Shown one piece after another: positions 49,326 through 57,735 of a stretch of DNA of 64,000 nucleotides. Position numbers and translations under genes: made by a program. Every line of letters starts with the position of its first letter. Within the stretch, counting starts at the first letter, position 1. This DNA comes from an uncultured Thiomicrospira sp. Lineage in GTDB: Bacteria; Pseudomonadota; Gammaproteobacteria; CAKMZV01. The notes beneath the pieces were generated by a model. The model made no database searches and was not told where the DNA came from. It was given only the letters and a program-made list of their open reading frames with translations. The DNA lies in assembly GCA_965195345.1 (NCBI GenBank), contig OZ239628.1, positions 288,001-352,000 on the forward strand, given 5' to 3'.

Positions 49326-49334
49326 TAAGGGAAT

Positions 49335-49796
49335 ATGATTCACATCATTTTATTTCGCCCAGAAATTCCATCTAACACAGGAGCTATCATTCGATTAAGC
49401 GCCAACACAGGTTCCCATTTACATTTAATTCATCCATTAGGATTTGATTTACAGGATAAAAAACTGCGCAGAGCTGGCTTAGATTATCATGAGTTTGCTG
49501 AAATCAGTCAGCATCAATCGTTATCTGAATGTTTAAGCAGTTTAAAAGACATTGTGGCATTCGCTTTCACAACCAAAGGCAGTCAATTGCTGCACGAAGT
49601 GGCGTTTCCGCAAAAGTGTGCGTTGGTTTTCGGTTCGGAAACAAGCGGGCTCGGCGAAGAATTAAGTTATTTTAATGATTCACACAGATGCCGTTTGCCG
49701 ATGATGCCTGACAGTAGAAGCATCAACCTTGCAAATGCAGTGAGTGTTGCTGTTTATGAAGCGTGGCGCCAGCATGGTTTCATTGGAGGGCAGTAG
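49335..49796 (+). CDS. trmL: tRNA (cytidine/uridine-34-2'-O)-methyltransferase
   Basis: PEIPSNTGAIIRL, LRRAGLDYHE, FGSETSGL, RSINLANAV SPOUT motifs; 153 aa. Confidence 0.96.
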   Translation: MIHIILFRPEIPSNTGAIIRLSANTGSHLHLIHPLGFDLQDKKLRRAGLDYHEFAEISQHQSLSECLSSLKDIVAFAFTTKGSQLLHEVAFPQKCALVFGSETSGLGEELSYFNDSHRCRLPMMPDSRSINLANAVSVAVYEAWRQHGFIGGQ

Positions 49797-49822
49797 CCAC
49801 CTTCAGAGATCAGAGAGGCTTA

Positions 49823-50674
49823 TTACTGAGAGGAAAGCCCGCGTAATCGTTCACTTCTACGTCGGATCAGTTCCAATGTGGTTAGCAGAGCAATTGACAG
49901 TACAACCATGACGGTTGAAACGGCGAGGATGGTTGGCGATATTTGTTCGCGCAACCCTGTAAACATTTGCCATGGAAGTGTTTTGCTGTCGGCTGCCCCA
50001 ACAAATAAGACTACAACAACTTCATCAAATGAAGTGATGAAGGCAAATAAAGCACCAGAGATAACTCCAGGTAGTATAAGAGGTACTTGAATTTTAAAAA
50101 ACGTTGCAATTTGATTGGCGCCCAAACTCGCAGCGGCTCGCGTAAGAGATTTATCAAAGCCCACTAAGGTTGCAGTCACTGTAATAATAACAAATGGGGT
50201 CCCTAATACTGCATGCGCAAGGACGACGCCCCAGTAGGTGCCTTGTAACCCTATTCGCGAATAGAAAAAGTACATTCCAGCGGCCGAAATAATCAACGGA
50301 ACAATCATTGGAGAAATAAGTATTGCCATAATAGTTCCCCGAAAGGGAACATGTGTTTGCGATAGTCCTATGGCTGCTAACGTACCGAAAGCGGTCGCTA
50401 ATAATGTTGCCATTGGCGCAATTTTAAAACTGTTTGCAAGAGAACGTTGCCATTCGGAATTGGTGAAGAAATCTTTATAGTGCTTAAGTGAATAACCTTC
50501 AGGGTCAAGCGCCAGCATTTCTTTGGTAAATGTGAAAAAGTCTTGGGCGTTGAAGCTTAATGGAATTATGATTAGAATGGGTAGAATTAAAAAAGCAAAA
50601 ATTAGAGCACAGATAAAACGAAAGGTGTAGTACCACAATTTTTGTCCTGTTGAAGCATAGATCGGTAAAGACAT
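49823..50674 (-). CDS. Polyamine/opine-type ABC transporter permease (PotC-like)
   Basis: AAASLGA EAA loop, FITSFDEVVV, TLPWQMF. Confidence 0.9.
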   Translation of the reverse strand: MSLPIYASTGQKLWYYTFRFICALIFAFLILPILIIIPLSFNAQDFFTFTKEMLALDPEGYSLKHYKDFFTNSEWQRSLANSFKIAPMATLLATAFGTLAAIGLSQTHVPFRGTIMAILISPMIVPLIISAAGMYFFYSRIGLQGTYWGVVLAHAVLGTPFVIITVTATLVGFDKSLTRAAASLGANQIATFFKIQVPLILPGVISGALFAFITSFDEVVVVLFVGAADSKTLPWQMFTGLREQISPTILAVSTVMVVLSIALLTTLELIRRRSERLRGLSSQ

Positions 50675-50676
50675 AA

Positions 50677-51924
50677 TTATCCTAATTTGACGTTGTCAAT
50701 TCCAACGATTCGATCGTATAGCCAATAAAGCACTACCACAACTATAAGCAATATTGATCCAAGTGCTGCAGCAAGTCCCCAATTCAAGGAAGAGGATATG
50801 TGATAAGCAATTCGATTTGAGATAAACACCCCAGAAGTACCACCGACCAATTCAGGTGTAATGTAGTAACCAATTGACAATATAAACGCAAGAATAGAAC
50901 CCGCTCCAATGCCTGGTATTGAATTCGGGAAATACACTTTCCAGAAAGCAGTCCAGTCGTTTGCGCCTAAACTTTTTGCGGCTCTCAGATAAGAAGGCGG
51001 TATTCCTTTCATTACAGAGTACAAAGGTAAAATCATAAAGGGCATCAAAATATGGGTCATTGCGATAATGGTACCTGTTTGATTATTTATGAGCTCAAGG
51101 CGAGCGTTATCGCTAACCAATGATAAGGCAACTAAGGTATCGTTGATAACCCCTTGCTGTTGCAGCAATACTTTCCACGCAGAAGTACGAACTAATAATG
51201 AAGTCCAAAAAGGCAACAAAACCAAAATCATAAGTATGTTTGCAGTTCGTACTTTTAAATTAGCCAGTAAATAAGCAATTGGATATCCGAGCAAAAGACA
51301 CATAGTCGTTATGACCAACGATATAAATAGAGTTCTTAGGAATAGCTTAAGATAGATGCGTTCACTTTCTGGTTTTAAAACAATACTTCCAGCATCATCT
51401 TTTAAATCGGCAGCATTTAGAAAATATGAAGGAGTGTATGTAGGGCTAAATTGCTTTATTACAGCCCATGTTTTGATATCGCCCCATTTTTCATGGATAT
51501 CTAAAAATTGTTGTTTGTAATCGAATGTTTCAAGTTTTTTAACTTTACGTCCTGTCTTCCTAAATAGACTGGACATTCCTGAAGATTCGTAGTTTAAACG
51601 TGACCCCAGTCGGGTATGACTTTTATCCTTAACCGCCGATTTTAAATCAGCAGCCAGCGCCTTAAATACCTCTTCTGAGGGTAGTTCCCCGCTTTGCTTA
51701 TCCCAAGTTCTAAGCGCAACAACGGTTTGTGGTAATGTTTCAGAAACGATGCCGTTTTCGGTGGAACGAAACAGCATATCTGCAACAGGTGCAATAAAAG
51801 AGAATATGACAAATAACAATAAGGGTACTATGAGAAGAAACGCTCGAATCTTTTCACGGCGTAAGGATTTAGCCAAAGATGCTTTGAGCGGTCTTCCGTC
51901 TTGTGTGAGAATTATTTCAGTCAT
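50677..51924 (-). CDS. Polyamine/opine-type ABC transporter permease (PotB-like, large periplasmic insert)
   Basis: LLGYPIAY, LLPFWTSLLVRT, AAKSLGA, GYYITPELVGG. Confidence 0.9.
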   Translation of the reverse strand: MTEIILTQDGRPLKASLAKSLRREKIRAFLLIVPLLLFVIFSFIAPVADMLFRSTENGIVSETLPQTVVALRTWDKQSGELPSEEVFKALAADLKSAVKDKSHTRLGSRLNYESSGMSSLFRKTGRKVKKLETFDYKQQFLDIHEKWGDIKTWAVIKQFSPTYTPSYFLNAADLKDDAGSIVLKPESERIYLKLFLRTLFISLVITTMCLLLGYPIAYLLANLKVRTANILMILVLLPFWTSLLVRTSAWKVLLQQQGVINDTLVALSLVSDNARLELINNQTGTIIAMTHILMPFMILPLYSVMKGIPPSYLRAAKSLGANDWTAFWKVYFPNSIPGIGAGSILAFILSIGYYITPELVGGTSGVFISNRIAYHISSSLNWGLAAALGSILLIVVVVLYWLYDRIVGIDNVKLG

Positions 51925-51936
51925 AAGAGGATATGA

Positions 51937-51965
51937 AAAAGGGGAGGCGAAAATCCTCCCCTTTT
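51937..51965 (-). terminator. Intra-operon hairpin/terminator after the binding-protein gene
   Basis: aaaaggggagg-cgaaaat-cctcccctttt inverted repeat with A/T tails. Confidence 0.8.
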
Positions 51966-51972
51966 AAAAATA

Positions 51973-53064
51973 TTATCTAGACAACCAAGCTTGAAACTTC
52001 TGATCGATATCATCGCGATGATCTGCCCAGAATTCGTAGTTGTACAAAAACGTGTTCTTAGCATTTTTTGGATCAGTAGGCATATGTTGTGCCATTTCAA
52101 TGCCTAAAGAATCATGTTTGCCGACCAAAGGTGCAGAAGAAGCACGTGCTGGTCCGTAAGAAATATATTTTGCTTGATCAGCTAAGCGCTGAGTATCTGT
52201 AGCAAAATAGACATATTTCAAAGCACGTTTTTTGCGTTCTGGGCTTAATCCTGCAGGAATTATCCAGCCGTCAATATCAAAAACTTGCGCATCCCAAAGC
52301 ATTCCAATAGGTTGATTCTGCTCTTCAATGGCTGCAAATAAACGACCATTGTAAGTAGAACCCATTACAACTTCACCATCTGCAAGTAGTTGAGGTGTTT
52401 CTGCTCCAGCAGACCACCAGATAACATTATCTTTGATGGTAGCTAATTTTGCTAAAGCACGATCAACGCCTTTTGAGGTTGCGAGCACATCATATACTTC
52501 GCTTTTAGGAACGCCATCACATAACAAAGCCCATTCGACATTATTTATTGGACGTTTTTCTAAAGCACGCTTGCCTGGATATTTTTTAATATCAAATACG
52601 TCACAAATGTTAGTAGGCGGTGTGTTGCCTACCAAGTCTTTTCTATAACCAAATGTTGTTGAATAGACAATTTGAGGAATGAAGCATTCAGAGACCAATA
52701 AGTCACCAAAGTCTTTCGATGCAGATGTTCCATCAGGCGCTCTTGCGAGATCTTTATCTGGGTTAATTTCTAAGGCAAGTCCTTCATCACACAAACGAAT
52801 GGCATCGGCTGCAACTACATCAACCACATCCCAAGTTGTGTTGCCAGCTTCTTTCATCGCACGTAGTTTGGCAACCGCTTCAGCCGATGAATCGTCATTA
52901 ATGATTTTCACGCCTGTTCTTTTAGAATATGGTTTGTGGTAAGCCTCATTTTGAGATTTGCTGTAAGCGCCTCCCCACGAAACAATTGTCATATCATCGG
53001 CAAATGCGTTCAAACTGAATGCAGCGAGAACAATACCTGCCAAAGTAGTTTTTTTAATTTCCAT
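51973..53064 (-). CDS. Polyamine-type ABC transporter substrate-binding protein (PotD/PotF family)
   Basis: Signal peptide; IVSWGGAY, WDVVD, LLADGEV.M...YNGR. Confidence 0.88.
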   Translation of the reverse strand: MEIKKTTLAGIVLAAFSLNAFADDMTIVSWGGAYSKSQNEAYHKPYSKRTGVKIINDDSSAEAVAKLRAMKEAGNTTWDVVDVVAADAIRLCDEGLALEINPDKDLARAPDGTSASKDFGDLLVSECFIPQIVYSTTFGYRKDLVGNTPPTNICDVFDIKKYPGKRALEKRPINNVEWALLCDGVPKSEVYDVLATSKGVDRALAKLATIKDNVIWWSAGAETPQLLADGEVVMGSTYNGRLFAAIEEQNQPIGMLWDAQVFDIDGWIIPAGLSPERKKRALKYVYFATDTQRLADQAKYISYGPARASSAPLVGKHDSLGIEMAQHMPTDPKNAKNTFLYNYEFWADHRDDIDQKFQAWLSR

Positions 53065-53134
53065 AGTTTTCTCCTAAATCTTCATTTCTATATTTTAGTG
53101 TACGTTTATGGCAGCACACTGTAGCCATTTGCAG

Positions 53135-54211
53135 TTAGGCATCAAGAGCTTTACAGTCTCTTGCCGCCCAACCAATCCAAACTTTTTGACCTTCTTTCAA
53201 ATGAAATGTGTTTGATGAATTACGGATTTTAGCAATAAATGCATTATTTCCTGCTACCATCATCCGCACTCTTATATGGTCTCCTAAATAAATAAGTTCT
53301 TCAATCGTTCCTTCACACCGATTTTCCATCGTTTCTGTTGGATCGACCTCTATACGCTCTGGTCTTAGCGAGAGTGAGGTCTTTTGACCCACACTATCAA
53401 CACATATGCGTTCTGCCTTAATGATCGTTTTATCTGCGAGAGTCACCGAACACAAATTGTCTTCTTCAATGGCGGTTACTTCCCCTTCGAAAGCATTATT
53501 TTCTCCAATAAATTGGGCAACAAAAGTATTTTCAGGATGCTCGTATAATTTTTCAGGGGTGGACAACTGTTGAATGACGCCATCGTTAAACACAGCGACT
53601 CTATTGGACATTGTTAATGCTTCGGATTGGTCATGCGTTACATATACTACGGTAATGCCCAATCGTTCGTGCAAATGCTTTATTTCGTATTGCATGTGTT
53701 CGCGTAATTGTTTATCTAATGCGCCTAAAGGCTCATCCATCAAGACTAAAACGGGGTCAAATACCAAAGCTCGAGCGAGTGCAATCCGTTGTTGCTGTCC
53801 CCCAGACAACTGAGTTGGTCGACGGTTCATGAATTCTTTCATTTGAACCATATCAAGGGCACGCACTACACGGTCGGAAACTTCGGATGCGCTCATTTTT
53901 CGCACTTTTAAAGGAAAAGCAAGATTTTCAGCTACTGACATGTGAGGGAATAAAGCATAGTTTTGAAAGACCATACCTATTCCTCTTTTATGAGGAGGGA
54001 TATTATTGATAGAAACGCCATTGAGCATAATGGAGCCAGATGTTGGAGTTTCAAATCCCGCCAGCATCATCAAACATGTTGTTTTACCAGATCCAGAGGG
54101 TCCAAGCATAGTCAAGAATTCACCTTGACTAACCTCTAAATTCAAATTTTTGACGACCAACGATTGACCATCATAAGATTTTTGAACTTCTTTAAACTCT
54201 ACAAATGCCAC
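53135..54211 (-). CDS. Polyamine-type ABC transporter ATPase (PotA-like)
   Basis: GPSGSGKT, FQNYALFPHM, LSGGQQQR, MDEPLGALD, C-terminal TOBE-like region; GTG start. Confidence 0.92.
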   Translation of the reverse strand: MAFVEFKEVQKSYDGQSLVVKNLNLEVSQGEFLTMLGPSGSGKTTCLMMLAGFETPTSGSIMLNGVSINNIPPHKRGIGMVFQNYALFPHMSVAENLAFPLKVRKMSASEVSDRVVRALDMVQMKEFMNRRPTQLSGGQQQRIALARALVFDPVLVLMDEPLGALDKQLREHMQYEIKHLHERLGITVVYVTHDQSEALTMSNRVAVFNDGVIQQLSTPEKLYEHPENTFVAQFIGENNAFEGEVTAIEEDNLCSVTLADKTIIKAERICVDSVGQKTSLSLRPERIEVDPTETMENRCEGTIEELIYLGDHIRVRMMVAGNNAFIAKIRNSSNTFHLKEGQKVWIGWAARDCKALDA

Positions 54212-54408
54212 ATGCGCTCCAATTTAGTTGCTCACTTTCAACACAAAGAATTTACTTTCGCCAACCTTACAGGCGAACCTTTCAAAGAAAATTCAATCAG
54301 ACAAATTGTGTTATGAAAGAAAGCGGACCGATGATTATTACAAATAAACATTTTATTTTCAAGGCAAACGTTAATTTTTTGTGAATTATTGTGTATGCTT
54401 AGCAAAAA

Positions 54409-55107
54409 TTATGTTTTGGATTCCATTTTATGGGCAGATAATTTTTGTTCTAATTTATTCATAGACCAAAAAATTAAGTAGCTGGTTAGCATATAGAAAA
54501 GTGCTGCAAATATGAAGGCTTCAAAAGGAATAAAAAAGCGTGAGTTCATCAGACGTGCCACTTGTGTCAGCTCAACGACTGTAATAGTGCTTGCTAACGC
54601 AGTTGCTTGCATTAAGAAAACCGATTCATTGGCATAAATGGGAATAATTCGGCGGATTAAACTGGGGAAGATAATATATCGAAGTCGCATCATTCGACTG
54701 TAGCCAAAAGCAATTGCAGCTTCTACTTCTCCTTTTGGCGTTGCGGTTATCCCTCCGTATATTATTTCTGTCGTATATGCGGCGGTGTTTAAGGTCAAAG
54801 CAAGCATTACACAAAAAACTGGCTCACTGAAGAGAACCCATAAGACCGTGTCGTTGATCCACTCAAACTGAGCTAAACCATAGTAAATTAAGTAAATTTG
54901 TATCAGGCAAGGTGTTCCGCGGAAATAAAAAACGATGCTGTTGACTAACCAAATTAACCAGCGATTAGAACCGTCTTTAACGACTGAAAAAGCGATGGCT
55001 AATAGCATTCCAATGGATAGAGCAGTGACCGTTAGGAATATGGTCATGGAAAACCCACTTAAATACATTTGCCAATTATCGATAAGCGGCTGAATGTCAA
55101 CGTTCAT
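54409..55107 (-). CDS. Polar amino-acid ABC permease (HisM/ArtM-like)
   Basis: FRGTP.LIQ, LNTAAYTTEI, GEVEAA.AFG. Confidence 0.9.
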   Translation of the reverse strand: MNVDIQPLIDNWQMYLSGFSMTIFLTVTALSIGMLLAIAFSVVKDGSNRWLIWLVNSIVFYFRGTPCLIQIYLIYYGLAQFEWINDTVLWVLFSEPVFCVMLALTLNTAAYTTEIIYGGITATPKGEVEAAIAFGYSRMMRLRYIIFPSLIRRIIPIYANESVFLMQATALASTITVVELTQVARLMNSRFFIPFEAFIFAALFYMLTSYLIFWSMNKLEQKLSAHKMESKT

Positions 55108-55787
55108 GTTTGATGCTCAATATTGTAGTTTTTCCCCACACGCTTAATTACCAATAGAGAGACCCATGTGATGAGTAGGTAAGCTAAAGATACAATGAAA
55201 TAAAAAATGAAAGGTTGGTGTGTACTACGAGTAGCCGAGGTTGCTATGAAAACAATATCCTGTAGACCGATAACAGATAGGATGGCGGTAGATTTAACGA
55301 GCACCATCCAGTTGTTGCTCAAACCGGGAAGTGCATGCAATAACATCTGTGGCAGTAGAATTCTTTTAACTACCTGATGTTTGCGCATTCCAAAAGCATA
55401 GGCTGTTTCAATCTGGTGCTGATCAACAGCAAGAATTGAAGCGCGAAACGTTTCAGCCATAAAAGCCCCGAATATAAAAGAAAGCGTGAACACGCCAGCA
55501 GAGAAAGCATCAATGTCTACATAACCCCAGCCTAATTTAATCGCTATCCAGTTAATTGTGATTTGTCCACCATAAAAGATCAAAAACATCATCACTAAAT
55601 CAGGAACACCACGAACAACGGCAGTGTACGTGTTCGCAATATAAATCAATGGTTTGTTGTTAGATACCTTTATCAATGCCACCAAAAAACCAATAAGACA
55701 AGAGAAAAACAGTGCAAGCAGCGCAACCGATAGACTGAGCATAAGCCCTTTTGCAAGAGAAGGTAAGTAATCGAGATAGAGTGGCAT
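55104..55787 (-). CDS. Polar amino-acid ABC permease (HisQ/ArtQ-like)
   Basis: RGVPDLV, FIFGAFMAETFR, ALPGLSNNW.VLVKSTA. Confidence 0.9.
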   Translation of the reverse strand: MPLYLDYLPSLAKGLMLSLSVALLALFFSCLIGFLVALIKVSNNKPLIYIANTYTAVVRGVPDLVMMFLIFYGGQITINWIAIKLGWGYVDIDAFSAGVFTLSFIFGAFMAETFRASILAVDQHQIETAYAFGMRKHQVVKRILLPQMLLHALPGLSNNWMVLVKSTAILSVIGLQDIVFIATSATRSTHQPFIFYFIVSLAYLLITWVSLLVIKRVGKNYNIEHQT

Positions 55788-55841
55788 GCTTGTTATTTTT
55801 TAGTTCATTATTTGGACTTTTATATATCGATGCATACATAC

Positions 55842-55874
55842 AAAAAAGGGCGCATCAAAAGATGCACCCTTTTT
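55842..55874 (-). terminator. Intra-operon intrinsic terminator/stabilising hairpin after the binding-protein gene
   Basis: Minus strand GGGTGCATC-TTTT-GATGCGCCC-TTTTTT. The one non-Watson-Crick pair is a valid U-G wobble only on the minus strand. Confidence 0.82.
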
Positions 55875-55897
55875 CTAAAGTTCATCTTTTGGCGTAA

Positions 55898-56665
55898 TTA
55901 TTCGCCATAAATGTCGTAGTCAAAGTACTGTGCTTGAATTCGAGCATAAGTACCATTCGAACGGATAGAACTGATGGCGGCATTTAATTTCTTTTCAAGA
56001 TCATTATCTTGTTTGCGTAATGCAATGCCAATGCCTTCGCCAAACCATTCAACATCAGAGTAGCTAGGACCTACAAACTCAGCTTTTCCAGCTTGTGCTT
56101 TTATAAAGCTATCTCCGGGACCGATCTCAGAGAAGATCATATCAAGGCGACCTGTAAGCAGATCATTGCTTGCATCGTCTTGTGACGCATAACGGCGAAC
56201 AGTGACGATATCTCCCCAATTATCTGTTACAAATTTATCCATAACGGTTTCTTGTTGAACACCGACTTTTAGCCCCTTCATTTTGCTATTTACAATGCTA
56301 ATTTTATCGTCAGATCTTTTTATGAATCGCGCTGGAGAAGAATAGTATTTTTTTGTAAAGTTAACACGTTTCTTACGCTCTTCAGTAATTGACATAGAAG
56401 CGATAATGGCATCGTATTTGCGTGCAAGTAAAGCAGGAATCATACCATCCCAATCCTGAGCAACGAGCGTGCATTTGGCTTTCATCTCAGCACAAAGGGC
56501 ATTTGCTATATCAATATCGAAGCCAACAATGCTACCATCCGGTTTAGTTTCACTGAATGGAGGGTAAGCGCCTTCTACACCGATACGAATGTTTTTCCAG
56601 TCACCTGCAAAGCTCAAAACTGGAGCAAGTAGCATGGTGACAAATAGAATATTTCTCATTTTCAT
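55898..56665 (-). CDS. Lys/Arg/Orn/His-type ABC substrate-binding protein (ArgT/HisJ family)
   Basis: IRIGVEGAYPPFS, GFDIDIANALC, QDWDGMIPALL, SMSITEERKK, FGEGIGIALRK. Confidence 0.92.
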   Translation of the reverse strand: MKMRNILFVTMLLAPVLSFAGDWKNIRIGVEGAYPPFSETKPDGSIVGFDIDIANALCAEMKAKCTLVAQDWDGMIPALLARKYDAIIASMSITEERKKRVNFTKKYYSSPARFIKRSDDKISIVNSKMKGLKVGVQQETVMDKFVTDNWGDIVTVRRYASQDDASNDLLTGRLDMIFSEIGPGDSFIKAQAGKAEFVGPSYSDVEWFGEGIGIALRKQDNDLEKKLNAAISSIRSNGTYARIQAQYFDYDIYGE

Positions 56666-56725
56666 AGTTATCCTTAATTTGAATTGAATGTTTAAAGTGA
56701 ATCGGATTATAGCTGATTTAATATG

Positions 56726-57487
56726 TTATTTATCCATGTGTCCAATGAAATCAACAAAATATTTAGAAGGTGGGGCATTAAACATATCGACAGTTGGTCC
56801 AAACATTTCAACTTTTCCTTGATGTATAAACATTGTTTTATGCGAAACATCACGGGCAAAAGCCATCTCGTGAGTTACCACTAACATGGTTATGTCGCCT
56901 ACTGCTAATTGGGTGATTATGGATAAAACTTCTTGCACTAATTCAGGGTCAAGTGCTGACGTTGGTTCATCAAAAAGTATAATCTGTGGCTCCATCGCTA
57001 ATGCACGTGCAATGGCAACTCGTTGTTTTTGACCCCCTGATAACTGAACGGGAAAACTTTTTTCAAATCCAGACATCCCTACTTGCTGTAAACAGTGCAT
57101 TGCTTTTTCAATCGCCTTCTTTTTGGGTTGGCCAAGGGCATGCATGGGTGCCTCAATAACATTAGACAACACGTCCATATGTGCCCATAGATTAAATTGC
57201 TGAAAAACCATGCTAATTTTTTTGCGTAAATTAGTTATTTGTTCTATTTGTGTCGAACGCTTTCCGTCTTTTTCGAAAAAATGAATGTCTTCCCCCAGTA
57301 GTCGCAATGCTCCTGAATCAGGGATTTCAAGCAAGTTCAAGCAACGCAGGAAAGTGCTCTTCCCAGAGCCACTGGAACCAAGAATAGCTATAACATCGCC
57401 TTTGGATGCGTCTAAAGAAACCCCTTTAAGGACTTGCCCAACGTTAGGGAAAGTTTTTGTCAGTGCCTGAGCTTCAATTTGTGGCAT
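56726..57487 (-). CDS. Polar amino-acid ABC ATPase (HisP-like)
   Basis: GSSGSGKST, FQQFNLWAHM, LSGGQKQR, FDEPTSALDPELV, VVTHEM. Confidence 0.93.
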   Translation of the reverse strand: MPQIEAQALTKTFPNVGQVLKGVSLDASKGDVIAILGSSGSGKSTFLRCLNLLEIPDSGALRLLGEDIHFFEKDGKRSTQIEQITNLRKKISMVFQQFNLWAHMDVLSNVIEAPMHALGQPKKKAIEKAMHCLQQVGMSGFEKSFPVQLSGGQKQRVAIARALAMEPQIILFDEPTSALDPELVQEVLSIITQLAVGDITMLVVTHEMAFARDVSHKTMFIHQGKVEMFGPTVDMFNAPPSKYFVDFIGHMDK

Positions 57488-57735
57488 ATTATTTCTATCT
57501 CATGTAAATGTTGTTAATGATACGTGTTTTGTAGAATGTTATCATTAAAGTACGGTTGTTGACAACAAAATTTGATTGGAATTCTCTTTTTTCAATTGCG
57601 AGGAGGACCGAAAGTTCATAGAGCAAGGGATTAAATTTCTATGTTGATTGATGGTTCGACAAAAAATATGCAATATAATCTTCTCTTGATTCGGTTTATT
57701 AAATTTAAGCAACCCAAACAACGCGTATTATCCCT

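Noticed and set aside
54378-54398. ArgR box upstream of the polyamine-type operon (tgaattattgtgta)
   Set aside because: Only one half-site matches, in AT-rich DNA, with no tandem partner.
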